Shown in pieces: positions 44,607 through 55,299 of a DNA stretch of 64,000 nucleotides. Under the pieces are notes generated by a model. That model ran no database searches. It saw only the letters and a program-made list of their open reading frames with translations, and was not told where the DNA came from. This stretch comes from a virus (taxonomy: Duplodnaviria > Heunggongvirae > Uroviricota > Caudoviricetes), in the IMG/VR virus record IMGVR_UViG_3300042569_003232, positions 64,001 through 128,000 of that record, one strand, 5' to 3'. The translations under genes and the position numbers were made by a program. Within the stretch, counting starts at the first letter, position 1. Each line of letters starts with the position of its first letter.

Positions 44607-45890
44607 TTAATCAAAGAAGAAATGTAAAAATTGGGTAACTCCTTGTTCTTTTACTACTAATGCACTTTGACGAGGACGAGATTTATATCCGGAATTATCT
44701 GCATAACGGCATCCTCCAACTAATGTAGAAAACATATAATGCTCCACATTAGTTAACTCAGAACTTTCCATGTGATGCTGATCTGCACTAATATAGTATA
44801 ATCTTTTTGCATTTTGCATTTGTTCTGGTTTTGTCATAAACAAATTGTTTATATAGTTTTCTCGACCAGAACCGGGTGCAGGCAAACGACTTTTTGTAAC
44901 TGCTGAATAACCGTGGTCCAAAAGGAACAAGTTTTGACCAACATTAAAAGTTAAAAATCTTTTATTCGTAATTTCAAAAGTTATGCGATGATCATTTTGG
45001 AAAATTAACGAAAGCATTTTCAATAAGAAATAATCTCCAAAACTAGAATGATTTCCGGGAACTGCCAAAACTCTTACGTTATTATGAACTGTTAATAAGT
45101 TCTGAATAAATTTCAAAGACGAATTTAATGCAGTTTCTAATTGTGCTTCTTGAATTGGATGCGCTTCTAATTTTGTTCCTTTATCAGTTAAACCATCCAA
45201 TCCGTGAATTAAATCTCCAAGAAATGCCAATGTAATTCTTTTGTATGAATTTTCTTTTATATGAGAAACCAGTTGATTTGAATAATCTTCGACCGTTTTT
45301 TCAGTTGCGCTAATATTCCATTCTTTTTGCGCATATAAATAGCGTTCATCTGCAATTAATCCATAATGCCAATCCGAGCAACCAACAATTAATTCCTGAT
45401 CAGATTCTTTTTGATCTTTACTAAGAGTAGGAACAAAATATTTTGGAGGTGTCCAATTTTGGAGAAAACTGTCTATTACATTCTTATAATTATGTTCAAA
45501 TAATTCCCATTTTTCGGCATTTTCTTTAATTTTATTAAATTCTACCTTTTCAAGTTTTTCTACAATTTTCGTCTTTTTAAATTCCAAAGTTTCAGAAACA
45601 ACTTCTTCTGCGGGTTTGGAACTTATATATTCGTCTGTAAAAGAAAGAGAGTCATGTGTTATGTGCATGACTCTCAAAATGTGCTGAATTACTTTGGATG
45701 ATATTCCTAGTTTATTTCCTATTTCTGTGGAAGTTAAATTTCCGGAGAACTTTGAATATAATTTTATTATTTGATTAATGCAACTATTTGTAAAAACCAA
45801 ATCAGAACCAAACTTCTTAGCTGTGAAAAATGTGTATTCATCTTTTGCTAAATCATACTCATAATGTTTATTCTTTTTGGTTAATGTCAT
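44607..45890 (-). CDS. Metallophosphoesterase with N-terminal HTH
   Basis: SDWHYG, LGDLIHG, VPGNH, DHG, ADQHH. Confidence 0.82.
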   Translation of the reverse strand: MTLTKKNKHYEYDLAKDEYTFFTAKKFGSDLVFTNSCINQIIKLYSKFSGNLTSTEIGNKLGISSKVIQHILRVMHITHDSLSFTDEYISSKPAEEVVSETLEFKKTKIVEKLEKVEFNKIKENAEKWELFEHNYKNVIDSFLQNWTPPKYFVPTLSKDQKESDQELIVGCSDWHYGLIADERYLYAQKEWNISATEKTVEDYSNQLVSHIKENSYKRITLAFLGDLIHGLDGLTDKGTKLEAHPIQEAQLETALNSSLKFIQNLLTVHNNVRVLAVPGNHSSFGDYFLLKMLSLIFQNDHRITFEITNKRFLTFNVGQNLFLLDHGYSAVTKSRLPAPGSGRENYINNLFMTKPEQMQNAKRLYYISADQHHMESSELTNVEHYMFSTLVGGCRYADNSGYKSRPRQSALVVKEQGVTQFLHFFFD

Positions 45891-45929
45891 GACTATATTT
45901 AATCTACACTACCACTAGAATCCAGTCAA

Positions 45930-46604
45930 TCAAAAAGTTCCCGGACCAGTTGAATCAACTTCACTTCCTAGCAAGCCGCGTGTATCTCGACCAAATTCTT
46001 GCTTCATTAATCGAAATACTTCTTTTATATTTTTCTCATTTATATCTGAAATATTAAGATTAAAATTGCTACTTCCTCGTAGCAGACTATTCAATATAAT
46101 TCTCGTCCAATAAACTCTTTTACCATTGTCTAGTTTTTGTTCTTCAGGCAAATCTGAATTCATACTTTTAATTTTCTCAATAATACTTTGCCCTTTAAAT
46201 TCTGGTTGTTCCGTCCATTTTGAACTAACTCCTTCATAACGATCCATTGCCCATTCTACAAATCCTAAAATAGGAAGTATTTTTTTAGTTTTTTCAAAAT
46301 AATCAGGAATTTTTTCAAAAGGAATTAACTGATCTCCGACTTTCATTTTCAAGTTATGAACATCTTTACTGGAAGTATTAAAGTAAATTGCGCGAACTGC
46401 AAGTTTAGCAAGTTCTAATTCTTCTGGAGGAACGATTTCAGCAGGGGCTAATTCTTCTGGGGGCATTTCACCTTCTGGAGGAACACCCTCGTCTGGAGGC
46501 GATTCTTGTGTGTTAGCTGGCGCTTCCTGATTTTGTAATTGACCTTCTTCTGGATTTTCTGCTTCCAGAAATAATTTAGAAATATATAAATCAAAATTAG
46601 ACAT
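45930..46604 (-). CDS. Hypothetical protein with acidic Pro-rich linker
   Basis: 224-aa ORF. Confidence 0.7.
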   Translation of the reverse strand: MSNFDLYISKLFLEAENPEEGQLQNQEAPANTQESPPDEGVPPEGEMPPEELAPAEIVPPEELELAKLAVRAIYFNTSSKDVHNLKMKVGDQLIPFEKIPDYFEKTKKILPILGFVEWAMDRYEGVSSKWTEQPEFKGQSIIEKIKSMNSDLPEEQKLDNGKRVYWTRIILNSLLRGSSNFNLNISDINEKNIKEVFRLMKQEFGRDTRGLLGSEVDSTGPGTF

Positions 46605-47013
46605 TAATTGGTCCTCCTAAGTTTGCTTGTTGGTTTGTTCTATTCTGGAAATATTTTTGAAGAGCAGGAGTTTTCTGAATTTTCATCATTAAATCATTTC
46701 GCTCTTGTGGTGGAGTTTTTGGATCTAACATCATGTTATCATAGTGTGCTGCTACGGCATTTTGGAATTCCGGCATTTTCATTTCACGATCCCAATCTGT
46801 AGATTGATTTTTGAAATATGCACCAACATCAAGTGCAGAATTGTTTTTGTTAGCAGAATTAGATTGTGAGGATGTTGTTGAACGATTCACGGTTGTTGAA
46901 GATGAATTATTATTCTGGGTAACTGCTGGACCTCTATTGGTCAAACCTCCTTGTCCCATAGTGCCTAAACCTTCTTCCATTATTTTTTTAACATACGAAT
47001 CAAACTGTGTCAT
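46597..47013 (-). CDS. Hypothetical low-complexity late protein
   Basis: TATAAATA upstream; N/S/T-rich. Confidence 0.7.
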   Translation of the reverse strand: MTQFDSYVKKIMEEGLGTMGQGGLTNRGPAVTQNNNSSSTTVNRSTTSSQSNSANKNNSALDVGAYFKNQSTDWDREMKMPEFQNAVAAHYDNMMLDPKTPPQERNDLMMKIQKTPALQKYFQNRTNQQANLGGPINV

Positions 47014-47018
47014 AAAGT

Positions 47019-47026
47019 TATTTATA
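47019..47026 (-). promoter_or_regulatory. T4-type late promoter TATAAATA
   Basis: Exact match 5 nt from ATG. Confidence 0.65.
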
Positions 47027-47052
47027 TTAAATGAATTGCGCTTTCTTAAAAT

Positions 47053-49245
47053 TTAGACTATATTATTTTTCATTTCCCAAAATAATTTAAATTTAGGTTT
47101 TTTTAAAAAAGTTTTCCAATTCGAACTCTCTTCTAACGAACTTTGTTTTATTATTTCTTTTATTTTTTCTGAATCTATTATTTTTTCAATCTCTTTTTGA
47201 TTTTCTAATTTTTTATATTCGTTATATATATCTTTCAAATCAGGAGACACTAATAATTCTTGTAAATCATGTTGGTCTAATCCTTTATGACTGTAAAATA
47301 CATTAATATATGATTTTTCTATGTCATCTTTTGCATGAGGAATTACTACAAAAAATATGTCGGCAGATTTAATCGCTAATTTTTTAATATAATCTTCGTT
47401 TATATTTCTGGAATAAAAATTTTTATCATCATCTTTATAAACTAATAATGATGATAATTTCGAACTATCTGGTTCAGCACTTTTCAAATTAAATAAAAAA
47501 TCCAATTTATCGGTTGCTAAACTTTTTGTTAATTTTGGTAAAGATTCATAAATTCTGTCAAATATATAATCATTTATTTTCAATTTTATATTTCTTAATT
47601 TTTCTAATTTACCTCTTACATTTTCATATGACATATCAAATTCATATTTTCCCAATTCTATTCCATGCCAACTATAAATCCCATTTATGATATTCATTTC
47701 TTCAATCATTTGAGATGCTGAAATTTCATTATCATTAATAAATGGGACTTCAAACAAATCGAATAAATTTTCTGTAATTTTCAGAGGCAAAATATGCTGA
47801 TTTTTTATTTTATAATTTGTTGTTAAATTTCCTGTTAAAACATTGATTACTTTTTGAGAAATTGCTGCACATTTATCATAAAACCTAGAAAAATTAAAAT
47901 TCTCTGCTTCCTCCTCATCTAATAAATTTTCATAATATAACGGAAAATTTGCTACTACATTAAAATGATAATTTCCCCTAAAATCGTTTAAACTGATGCG
48001 TATTCTTTCATCATATTTTTTGATATTTTGAAATTTTTCTTGTATTTTTGCCATATATTCCTCATTTTTGTTATTTTGGACTAAAAAATCATTTATAACT
48101 TTTGGAAATTTAATTTTTACTTCAATATCTGTTCTTCCCATTGTTATATCTAAAAATTCATCATTTGAAGATAAGTCATACTCTTCATCTGTTAATCTGC
48201 TCCATACTTCATTTAAAATATCATCATTTATATTTTCTCTAATATCATCTAAAAGTTGTTCCAATCTGTCATCATCTTCTTCTGGTCCAAATTCACTTCT
48301 CAATTCATCATAATCACTTTTTTTTGTTACGTACTGTATATTTTTTCCCCAAATCTTTTTGATATTTTCTTTAACATCATGTCCGCTATCTTCATAATTA
48401 CCTCCTCTTAAAGTTAATCCATTATCCCAATTAAAATCTGAAACATCTTGTTTTTTTGCCCAAGTAGTTACTTGTTGTATGAATAAACTATTATACCTCT
48501 TATTATAAGGAGCATAGACTTTTAAATTAGGAACTGCTAATTCATTTCCTGCTGAATCATTTACCAATCTTATTCTAATTCTTGCTTGTGGATTAATTCC
48601 TTTTAGATTTCTATCATTATCTTTAAAAATTTCTTGTTTTTGTAAATTCTCATCTTTATGCAATTCATAAGTTTGATATTCTTCTTCTGAAACTAAATAT
48701 GCAATTGCTCCTAAATTTCTTGAATCAGATAATGCACAATAAAAATAGTTATTTCCTGGAGTATGACAACTTTTCCAATCAAAATCACTCATTCTAGCCA
48801 CATCAATCGGAGAACGAGAATAAATCACATAATCCGCAGTTGGATTTGCTTGTTCATATTGTTTTTGTAGATTTGTAGTTTTTAATAAATCATCAAGTGC
48901 TTTTATATTAATTTCCAATTTACGTTTTTGTTCTTCGTTTTCTATTGAAGAAAGTGTTTTTGTTAATGTTTCTTTTCTTTTAGTTAAAATTTTTCCCAAA
49001 CGATTTGGATTTTTCTTTTCAATATCAGAAATTTTATATCCTGCCCATTTCTCAAAATCTATTTCGTATTGATCTCCTAATAAATCTTTTAATAATTTTT
49101 GATAACTTGATTTGCCGTATAAAGGTTCAATAGTTCTTAGTTTATTTCCAAAAATTGCATCAAATGGGACTTTATTACTAGTTTTCATATAATCAAGATA
49201 ATATGATGCTATTTCAGAAAATAAATTACTAGATTGTTTTTTCAT
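47053..49245 (-). CDS. Large hypothetical protein
   Basis: 730 aa; SRSPIDVARMSDFDWKSCH motif. Confidence 0.75.
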   Translation of the reverse strand: MKKQSSNLFSEIASYYLDYMKTSNKVPFDAIFGNKLRTIEPLYGKSSYQKLLKDLLGDQYEIDFEKWAGYKISDIEKKNPNRLGKILTKRKETLTKTLSSIENEEQKRKLEINIKALDDLLKTTNLQKQYEQANPTADYVIYSRSPIDVARMSDFDWKSCHTPGNNYFYCALSDSRNLGAIAYLVSEEEYQTYELHKDENLQKQEIFKDNDRNLKGINPQARIRIRLVNDSAGNELAVPNLKVYAPYNKRYNSLFIQQVTTWAKKQDVSDFNWDNGLTLRGGNYEDSGHDVKENIKKIWGKNIQYVTKKSDYDELRSEFGPEEDDDRLEQLLDDIRENINDDILNEVWSRLTDEEYDLSSNDEFLDITMGRTDIEVKIKFPKVINDFLVQNNKNEEYMAKIQEKFQNIKKYDERIRISLNDFRGNYHFNVVANFPLYYENLLDEEEAENFNFSRFYDKCAAISQKVINVLTGNLTTNYKIKNQHILPLKITENLFDLFEVPFINDNEISASQMIEEMNIINGIYSWHGIELGKYEFDMSYENVRGKLEKLRNIKLKINDYIFDRIYESLPKLTKSLATDKLDFLFNLKSAEPDSSKLSSLLVYKDDDKNFYSRNINEDYIKKLAIKSADIFFVVIPHAKDDIEKSYINVFYSHKGLDQHDLQELLVSPDLKDIYNEYKKLENQKEIEKIIDSEKIKEIIKQSSLEESSNWKTFLKKPKFKLFWEMKNNIV

Positions 49246-49266
49246 AAAAATACTTATCGAAAGTTG

Positions 49267-49295
49267 TTGACAACAGATTGCTCATACACTAAAGT
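49267..49295 (+). promoter_or_regulatory. Sigma70-type promoter TTGACA-N17-TAAAGT
   Basis: Points into a 490-nt ORF-free structured region. Confidence 0.55.
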
Positions 49296-49299
49296 ATCT

Positions 49300-49630
49300 T
49301 TAGCAGATTTTACATACAAAAACGCCACATGGTCTTAGGGGGCATGTGGGGCAGGACGTAACTTCTTATTCGGTTTATTCGTTCCGAACACTGCGAAAGA
49401 AGTTATAAGGTTTATACTCGACTCTATACGTACTAAAGAAATTTAGAATTGGTAAAGAGATGTAGTCCAAACTTCCTCAGATAACAAACTACTCAATAAC
49501 TAATAAAAATAGCTTATGGGGTAGGGGGTTATTTGACAGGAACAAAGGATTACCTCTCTCTACCGTATGAAAGACCTTCAAGATGGTTATCTAATAATTT
49601 ATATAATTTATTATATTATATAATAAGACC
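49300..49630 (+). other. ORF-free structured region plus AT-rich tract (ncRNA or replication origin candidate)
   Basis: Three hairpins, AT-rich 49585-49625, strand-switch point. Confidence 0.4.
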
Positions 49631-49702
49631 CTAACAAAATCAAGTTCAGGGAAAAAATTTTGAATATTCAGGCAAAAAAAATTTCAGATAAACTTTTTTC
49701 AC

Positions 49703-49730
49703 TTGATTTTTCAATTAAATGTGATACAGT
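49703..49730 (+). promoter_or_regulatory. Sigma70-type promoter TTGATT-N16-TACAGT
   Basis: 6 nt from rnhA ATG. Confidence 0.6.
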
Positions 49731-49736
49731 GTATCT

Positions 49737-50201
49737 ATGTTTACAGTTTTTACAGATGGTAGTTGCGATTACAACAAAAAAGGATCGAATAATAATGGAT
49801 CTTTTGCATTTGTAATTATTAATGAAAATGGAGTCAAAATATTTGAAAAAGTAGAAACTAGCAAAAATACTACGAACAATAGAATGGAATTATCTGCAAT
49901 AATATCTGCATTAAAATATTTAAAAGATAAAAACGAGGAAATAACTATTTGCACAGACAGTGAATACGTTTCTAATCCAATTAACAAAGGTTGGTTGGAA
50001 AAATGGAAAAAGATTAATTTCAAGAAAAAGCATTCAGAAATACTCAATTCTGATTTATGGAAAGAATTAGACTCTTTGTTAAAGCCGAATGTTAAAATAA
50101 AATGGATTAAAGGTCATTCAAAAGAAAATGTTTGGAATGAATATGTTGATAAAATGTGCTCAAATGCATATTCTAAAAACTATACAATTAAAAAATCTTG
50201 A
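49737..50201 (+). CDS. rnhA: Ribonuclease HI
   Basis: VFTDGSC, TNNRMEL, TDSEYV, NSDLW, WIKGHS, NEYVD. Confidence 0.93.
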   Translation: MFTVFTDGSCDYNKKGSNNNGSFAFVIINENGVKIFEKVETSKNTTNNRMELSAIISALKYLKDKNEEITICTDSEYVSNPINKGWLEKWKKINFKKKHSEILNSDLWKELDSLLKPNVKIKWIKGHSKENVWNEYVDKMCSNAYSKNYTIKKS

Positions 50202-50231
50202 AAAGGAGACTTATAAAAGATAGATAAATTT

Positions 50232-51116
50232 ATGATTCTTCTTTTAGGTAAAAATGGATATGTTAGTTCTCGTTTTCAAGATTTTTTTAAATATAAAAAA
50301 GTAGATTACTCAGTAGAGAGTTTAAGAGAATATACCTCGCAATCTTATGTGAGTAGTCTCTTAAAAAAACATAATCCAAGTTTTGTAATTAATTGTATTG
50401 GATACACAGGAAACCCAAATGTAGATAGTTGTGAGGACAACAAGGAAAAATGCTTGTATGCAAATGTAACATTGGCAGAAATTATTGCAGATTCTTGTAA
50501 AGAAAGAAATGTTCCATTGGGCTTTGTTTCCAGTGGCTGTATATACAACGATTATACAGAAACTAATGAATACATCTTTTCTGAAAAAGACTTTCCTAAC
50601 TTTTCTTTTCCGACCCGAACATGTAGTTGGTATAGTGGAACAAAAGCATTAGGAGAAAATATTGTTAGAAAAAGCTGGGAAAAAAGCTATATTTGGAGAT
50701 TACGAATGCCTTTTAATCACCTTCCCGGTAATAAAAATTATATTTCTAAATTATTTGATTACTCTAAAGTATGGAGTTGCGATAATTCATTAACAAACAT
50801 TGATGAATTTGTTCAAATTTGCTATTATTCTTTAATAAAAGAAATCTCGTATGGAACTTATAATTTGGTTAATCCAAATGGAATTTCAGCAAAAGATATA
50901 TTAGAAATAGCAAAAGAATATAATCTAAAAAAAGAGAAATATGAATATTTTTCAAATCTGGAAGAATTTTCCAGAGTTATAAAAGCACCAAGAAGTAATT
51001 GCATTTTAGATTCTTCTAAAATTTCAGAACAAGGTTTATCATTTTTGCCAGTTGAAAATTCATTGCATAAAAGTTTTCAATTTTGGAATAAAAAAGAAGA
51101 AAATCCTTTCTGGTGA
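50232..51116 (+). CDS. NAD-dependent sugar epimerase/reductase (RmlD-like)
   Basis: LLGKNGYV, NCIGYTGNPNVDSCE, SSGCIY, YSGTK, LRMP. Confidence 0.85.
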   Translation: MILLLGKNGYVSSRFQDFFKYKKVDYSVESLREYTSQSYVSSLLKKHNPSFVINCIGYTGNPNVDSCEDNKEKCLYANVTLAEIIADSCKERNVPLGFVSSGCIYNDYTETNEYIFSEKDFPNFSFPTRTCSWYSGTKALGENIVRKSWEKSYIWRLRMPFNHLPGNKNYISKLFDYSKVWSCDNSLTNIDEFVQICYYSLIKEISYGTYNLVNPNGISAKDILEIAKEYNLKKEKYEYFSNLEEFSRVIKAPRSNCILDSSKISEQGLSFLPVENSLHKSFQFWNKKEENPFW

Positions 51117-51124
51117 AAAGATTG

Positions 51125-51153
51125 TTGACAAATTTATTCAAAAAGTGTACTAT
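51125..51153 (+). promoter_or_regulatory. Sigma70-type promoter TTGACA-N17-TACTAT
   Basis: 5 nt from ATG. Confidence 0.6.
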
Positions 51154-51158
51154 AAGAG

Positions 51159-52499
51159 ATGTCAAAAATTGTCTTAAACAATGATCAAAGTAGTGCATTT
51201 CAAGCACTACAAAATTTTCTTGATGATCCAAATCAGCATTTGTTTTTGCTGGAAGGTGCAGCAGGAACTGGTAAAACTACTACACTAGGACAATTCGTAG
51301 AATGGGCAAGCAATAATTCTAAAAATGCTCATAGCATTTGTATGGCAAGTCCAACACACAAAGCACTAAAAGTAATGAAGGAAATGTGTCCGGACACTGT
51401 TAAAAGTTCCATAACATTTTCTACAGTGCATTCAATGTTAGGCTTAAAGCATGAAATTACCAAAGACGGTAAAGAAATTTTTGTTCGTGACAAAAACATT
51501 ATGACTAAATTTCCATTTTATGATTTGGTTATTGTGGATGAAAGCAGCATGATTGATAATCAATTGTTTTATGAAATGGAAGAACAGAATTATCGCAAGA
51601 AAAAAGTTTTATTCATAGGCGACAGTAATCAAATTAATCCAATTAATCACTCAATTTCAATTCCAATGAGTGAAGAAAAAAGGAAACAATATAATATTGG
51701 TCATTTTCGATTGAATACAATTGTTCGTCAAGCAGAAAATAATCCAATTATTAAGTATTCCCAAACAGTTATTAATCGGGAATTTCAATTTTCTCCGGGA
51801 ACAAAAGAAATGGTGGACGAATCTGGAGTTGTAATGATGAGTGACACACAGCAAAATGTGTTTCTTCAATTATTGGATTACTACTTTAAGAGTGAAGATT
51901 TTGATAAAGATGCAAATTATTGCAAAATCATTGCATGGAGAAATGTAACAGTTGATTATTATAATAAATTGGTTCGTAAAATAAAATATGGACCAAAAGC
52001 AATGAAAATTGTATTGGATGAAAAACTAATTGTAGATCGACCAATTAAAAGTGATGATGGAACATTTGCAATGTTTAATACAAATGATGATTTGGTTGTA
52101 GAATCATTGGATATAAAATCCAAAAAAATGTATGATAAAGATTGGACTTATTATAGTTGTGTAGTGAGTGGAAGTGACTCAACAGAAAATATCAGCATTC
52201 TTCATGAAAGCGAAGAAATCGCTTTTCAGAAAAAACTAAAAGAATTTAGCAGTGCAGCAAAAGAAGAAAAAGATAATCCCAAAAGATTAAAACTCTGGAG
52301 AGAATATTTTAAATTAGTTGAAAGTTTTGCTAATGTAAAGTATAATTATGCAGTAACTGCACACAATAGTCAAGGCAGCACTTATGATAATTGCTTTGTG
52401 TTATCAACGGACATTGAATATAATAAAAAATCGGACGAAAAAAATCGAATTTTGTACACTGCAATGACTCGTCCACGAAAAATGCTTTATATTTTGTAA
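51159..52499 (+). CDS. dda: Dda-like SF1B DNA helicase
   Basis: GAAGTGKTT, PTHKA, VDESSMI, GDSNQ, TAHNSQGST, YTAMTR. Confidence 0.88.
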   Translation: MSKIVLNNDQSSAFQALQNFLDDPNQHLFLLEGAAGTGKTTTLGQFVEWASNNSKNAHSICMASPTHKALKVMKEMCPDTVKSSITFSTVHSMLGLKHEITKDGKEIFVRDKNIMTKFPFYDLVIVDESSMIDNQLFYEMEEQNYRKKKVLFIGDSNQINPINHSISIPMSEEKRKQYNIGHFRLNTIVRQAENNPIIKYSQTVINREFQFSPGTKEMVDESGVVMMSDTQQNVFLQLLDYYFKSEDFDKDANYCKIIAWRNVTVDYYNKLVRKIKYGPKAMKIVLDEKLIVDRPIKSDDGTFAMFNTNDDLVVESLDIKSKKMYDKDWTYYSCVVSGSDSTENISILHESEEIAFQKKLKEFSSAAKEEKDNPKRLKLWREYFKLVESFANVKYNYAVTAHNSQGSTYDNCFVLSTDIEYNKKSDEKNRILYTAMTRPRKMLYIL

Positions 52500-52506
52500 G
52501 GAATCA

Positions 52507-52728
52507 TTGACAAAAGAAGAAAAGAATATAGATAATAGTATGGAAACCTTTTATATAGGATTTTTTAAATACATTGATTCTAACCTTTGGCAAAAAACCA
52601 ATTTATACAAAACTGAAAAAGAGTTAAAAGATTATATGGAATACCTTCCTTATATAGACTCTTCCACTATAAGAATTAAAACTATTGAATTGCCAGCAAA
52701 ACCTAAAATTATAGAAAAATATGAGTAA
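52507..52728 (+). CDS. Hypothetical protein
   Basis: 73-aa ORF (TTG or internal ATG start). Confidence 0.55.
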   Translation: MTKEEKNIDNSMETFYIGFFKYIDSNLWQKTNLYKTEKELKDYMEYLPYIDSSTIRIKTIELPAKPKIIEKYE

Positions 52729-53392
52729 CGTAAACTTTGACAAAGAACAATATAAAAAGAAATTATTGTTGGAACTAGGAATTCCGTTAGACACTCCTGA
52801 TACTGAATTAGTTAATTACAAAATGTCAGTTGGCAGTTTTTTCGGAAACAATGAGGAGCAAAGCAATGTGCTAGAATATATAACTTCAGAAATAAAAGCC
52901 GCAGAAGAATATTACTCTTCCTTTACAGAAGCAATGAAGATTGATAATTTTCAAGAGTTCAAGCCAATTGATATAAATGCTGTAATGAAAAGGTTGGATG
53001 ATAAACTTGAAGAATATGACCAAATTGCAGTGGATTTAGGTTGGAAAGATCCTAGTTTACCGTTGTTGGAAATGCCGAAAATTGAAGATTTGAAATTTAT
53101 ATATTTGTGTGTGGAATTTAATGAAACACCATACGTTATTGCATTTCCAGTTGATAACGAACTAAGAACTGCGGATCAAATAAAGCATATAACCCATACA
53201 ACATATTATATTGGAAAGAAAAATCCTGATTCTTTGAAATCAACAGATACAGTGATTTCATATTATCAATTCGTGAATTTGATAGAAAAAGAAATTGCAA
53301 AACAAGCTAATGCAATTAGAACTAAAATTGGTGAAAATGTAGTTACAAATTTCCAAAGTTTGGAAGATTTATCAAATCCATTAGAATCATGA
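52721..53392 (+). CDS. Hypothetical protein
   Basis: 223-aa ORF. Confidence 0.7.
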   Translation: MSNVNFDKEQYKKKLLLELGIPLDTPDTELVNYKMSVGSFFGNNEEQSNVLEYITSEIKAAEEYYSSFTEAMKIDNFQEFKPIDINAVMKRLDDKLEEYDQIAVDLGWKDPSLPLLEMPKIEDLKFIYLCVEFNETPYVIAFPVDNELRTADQIKHITHTTYYIGKKNPDSLKSTDTVISYYQFVNLIEKEIAKQANAIRTKIGENVVTNFQSLEDLSNPLES

Positions 53393-54177
53393 TTAAAAGT
53401 TTTCAATTCCTAAACAATTTTCCAACTGTTTATCCTCATTTAAAGGATCGTAAATTTGAATTTAATGATAAGTTCAATGTTCTTTTTGGTAATGTAGGTA
53501 GCTGTAAATCTACTGCATTAAAAACAATGGCTGCATATTGTGGCATATCAACTGGAGGATGGAGCACTATTTCCGAACCAGCAAAACTAGCATACAACAA
53601 TATCTCTCATTTTCCATTTTGTTATCGCAATTTTGCTCCAAATCAAATTGATGCAAATGTTGAATGGGATGGAGTTCCGACGTTTTATAATGACAGTGAG
53701 GCACTAGGTAAAAACGACAATACATGGTTCTTTAAGAATTCATCACAAAGCGCAGATGGTATTACTACAGAAGCAGAACAAATGGATATTATGGCTAGTA
53801 AGCCGAGTTCTGGTCAATATCGCATTCATAAAATTAATAAGATTATGAAGGTTATACAAAATCCGCCAGATTTGAGTATAATTCCTAATTATATTGTTGC
53901 AAAAGAATTGGCAAAATTAGAAGTACAATATATTAGTTCATTGTCCAGAGATGGTAAAATCTCTTTACTATTAGATGAACCTGAAAAAGGGTTGTCTATT
54001 CCAAAACAAATTGAATTGTTTGATGTTTTGGTACAATTAAGTGAACATTTTCAATTAATTGTTGCAACACATTCTTCTTTTATTTTAGATTATAAAAAAG
54101 CAAATCTTATAGATTATACACCCGGCTATGCCAAGGAATGTAGAAATCTGATTAAAAATCTTCAAAAAAGGAAATGA
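53389..54177 (+). CDS. ABC/AAA_21-type ATPase
   Basis: GNVGSCKST, SSGQ signature, LLLDEPE, IVATHS. Confidence 0.85.
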   Translation: MIKSFQFLNNFPTVYPHLKDRKFEFNDKFNVLFGNVGSCKSTALKTMAAYCGISTGGWSTISEPAKLAYNNISHFPFCYRNFAPNQIDANVEWDGVPTFYNDSEALGKNDNTWFFKNSSQSADGITTEAEQMDIMASKPSSGQYRIHKINKIMKVIQNPPDLSIIPNYIVAKELAKLEVQYISSLSRDGKISLLLDEPEKGLSIPKQIELFDVLVQLSEHFQLIVATHSSFILDYKKANLIDYTPGYAKECRNLIKNLQKRK

Positions 54178-54761
54178 CTTCTGTAGATGCTTTTTTTAGC
54201 AAATGCATGAGGGAATTGATGAAATATGGAGTTACAATTCAATTCGTTAGCGAAGAAATATCAAATATAAATTATAGTTTTTTCGAAGTTGATCATCGGG
54301 GTGAAAATCCTCGGTTATCTATGGTTTATTCAGAAGAAAACTTTTTAGATAATTTTCCATTATTTTTACATGAATATTGTCATTTTCTTCAATGGAAAAA
54401 CGGTGAACATTTTGATAGCACTAGTTCTCTAACCAAGTTTGGTGAATGGATAGCATATAAATCCGAAAAATTCTCTATTAAAGATATTAGAAATATTCAA
54501 CAAATGGAATTGGATTGTGATAAAAAAGTAATTCGTTTAGTTAAAAAATACCAATTACCAATTGATATTTCAATTTATAAAAAAATGACTAATTCTTATG
54601 TACTGTCATATAATTACATTTTTGAAAAAAGAATTTTCTTCCATTCAGGATTTGATCATCCAGAAGTAATGAATTGTGTTCCTGATAGATTTTTATCAAT
54701 GAATGAAATAATTAAAGGAAATCAGAAGCACAAAGAATTATTTTTGAAACATAGTAAATAA
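54174..54761 (+). CDS. HExxH zinc-metallopeptidase-like protein
   Basis: FLHEYCHFLQW...MELDCD. Confidence 0.65.
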   Translation: MTSVDAFFSKCMRELMKYGVTIQFVSEEISNINYSFFEVDHRGENPRLSMVYSEENFLDNFPLFLHEYCHFLQWKNGEHFDSTSSLTKFGEWIAYKSEKFSIKDIRNIQQMELDCDKKVIRLVKKYQLPIDISIYKKMTNSYVLSYNYIFEKRIFFHSGFDHPEVMNCVPDRFLSMNEIIKGNQKHKELFLKHSK

Positions 54762-54766
54762 AATAT

Positions 54767-55252
54767 TCAACACAATTTCTTACTAAGAGAGGAAAATAAA
54801 TCTTTCAAATTATTCTCTTTCAAGAAACTTTTTAATTCTTTTGGATTAGCAGGTTTTTTCTGCTGTAAAAGCATTAACTCATCAACCACACTTCCGTCAA
54901 GTTCACTTATGAACGATGTTTCCGGAAGTGTGGTTTTTTGTTTTAAGAAAATTATTTTATTAGTCATCTTTTTCATTTTGTTTAATATCTTTTCTATAAA
55001 ATTCTGAACATCAATTTTCGAATAATAATTGAATAATTCATGAGAATCAGATAAATTTTTATCGTAATAGAAAATATGAGATTCTGATGAAGTTTTTATT
55101 TTTTCTGTAAAGTTTTTAACAAACAAGAAAAAGAAAATCTTTTTTGTATTCTTATCAAACTTTTCCAATAATTTATATTCATATAATGAATTTATTATTT
55201 CGGTTTCAATAGAATATAAAAAGAAGTCGATTGATTCAAACGAATGAAGCAT
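54767..55252 (-). CDS. Hypothetical protein
   Basis: 161-aa ORF. Confidence 0.65.
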   Translation of the reverse strand: MLHSFESIDFFLYSIETEIINSLYEYKLLEKFDKNTKKIFFFLFVKNFTEKIKTSSESHIFYYDKNLSDSHELFNYYSKIDVQNFIEKILNKMKKMTNKIIFLKQKTTLPETSFISELDGSVVDELMLLQQKKPANPKELKSFLKENNLKDLFSSLSKKLC

Positions 55253-55299
55253 ACAACATTATACTCTGTTACGGTAATCCTTTCCACAAAAAACTAGAT

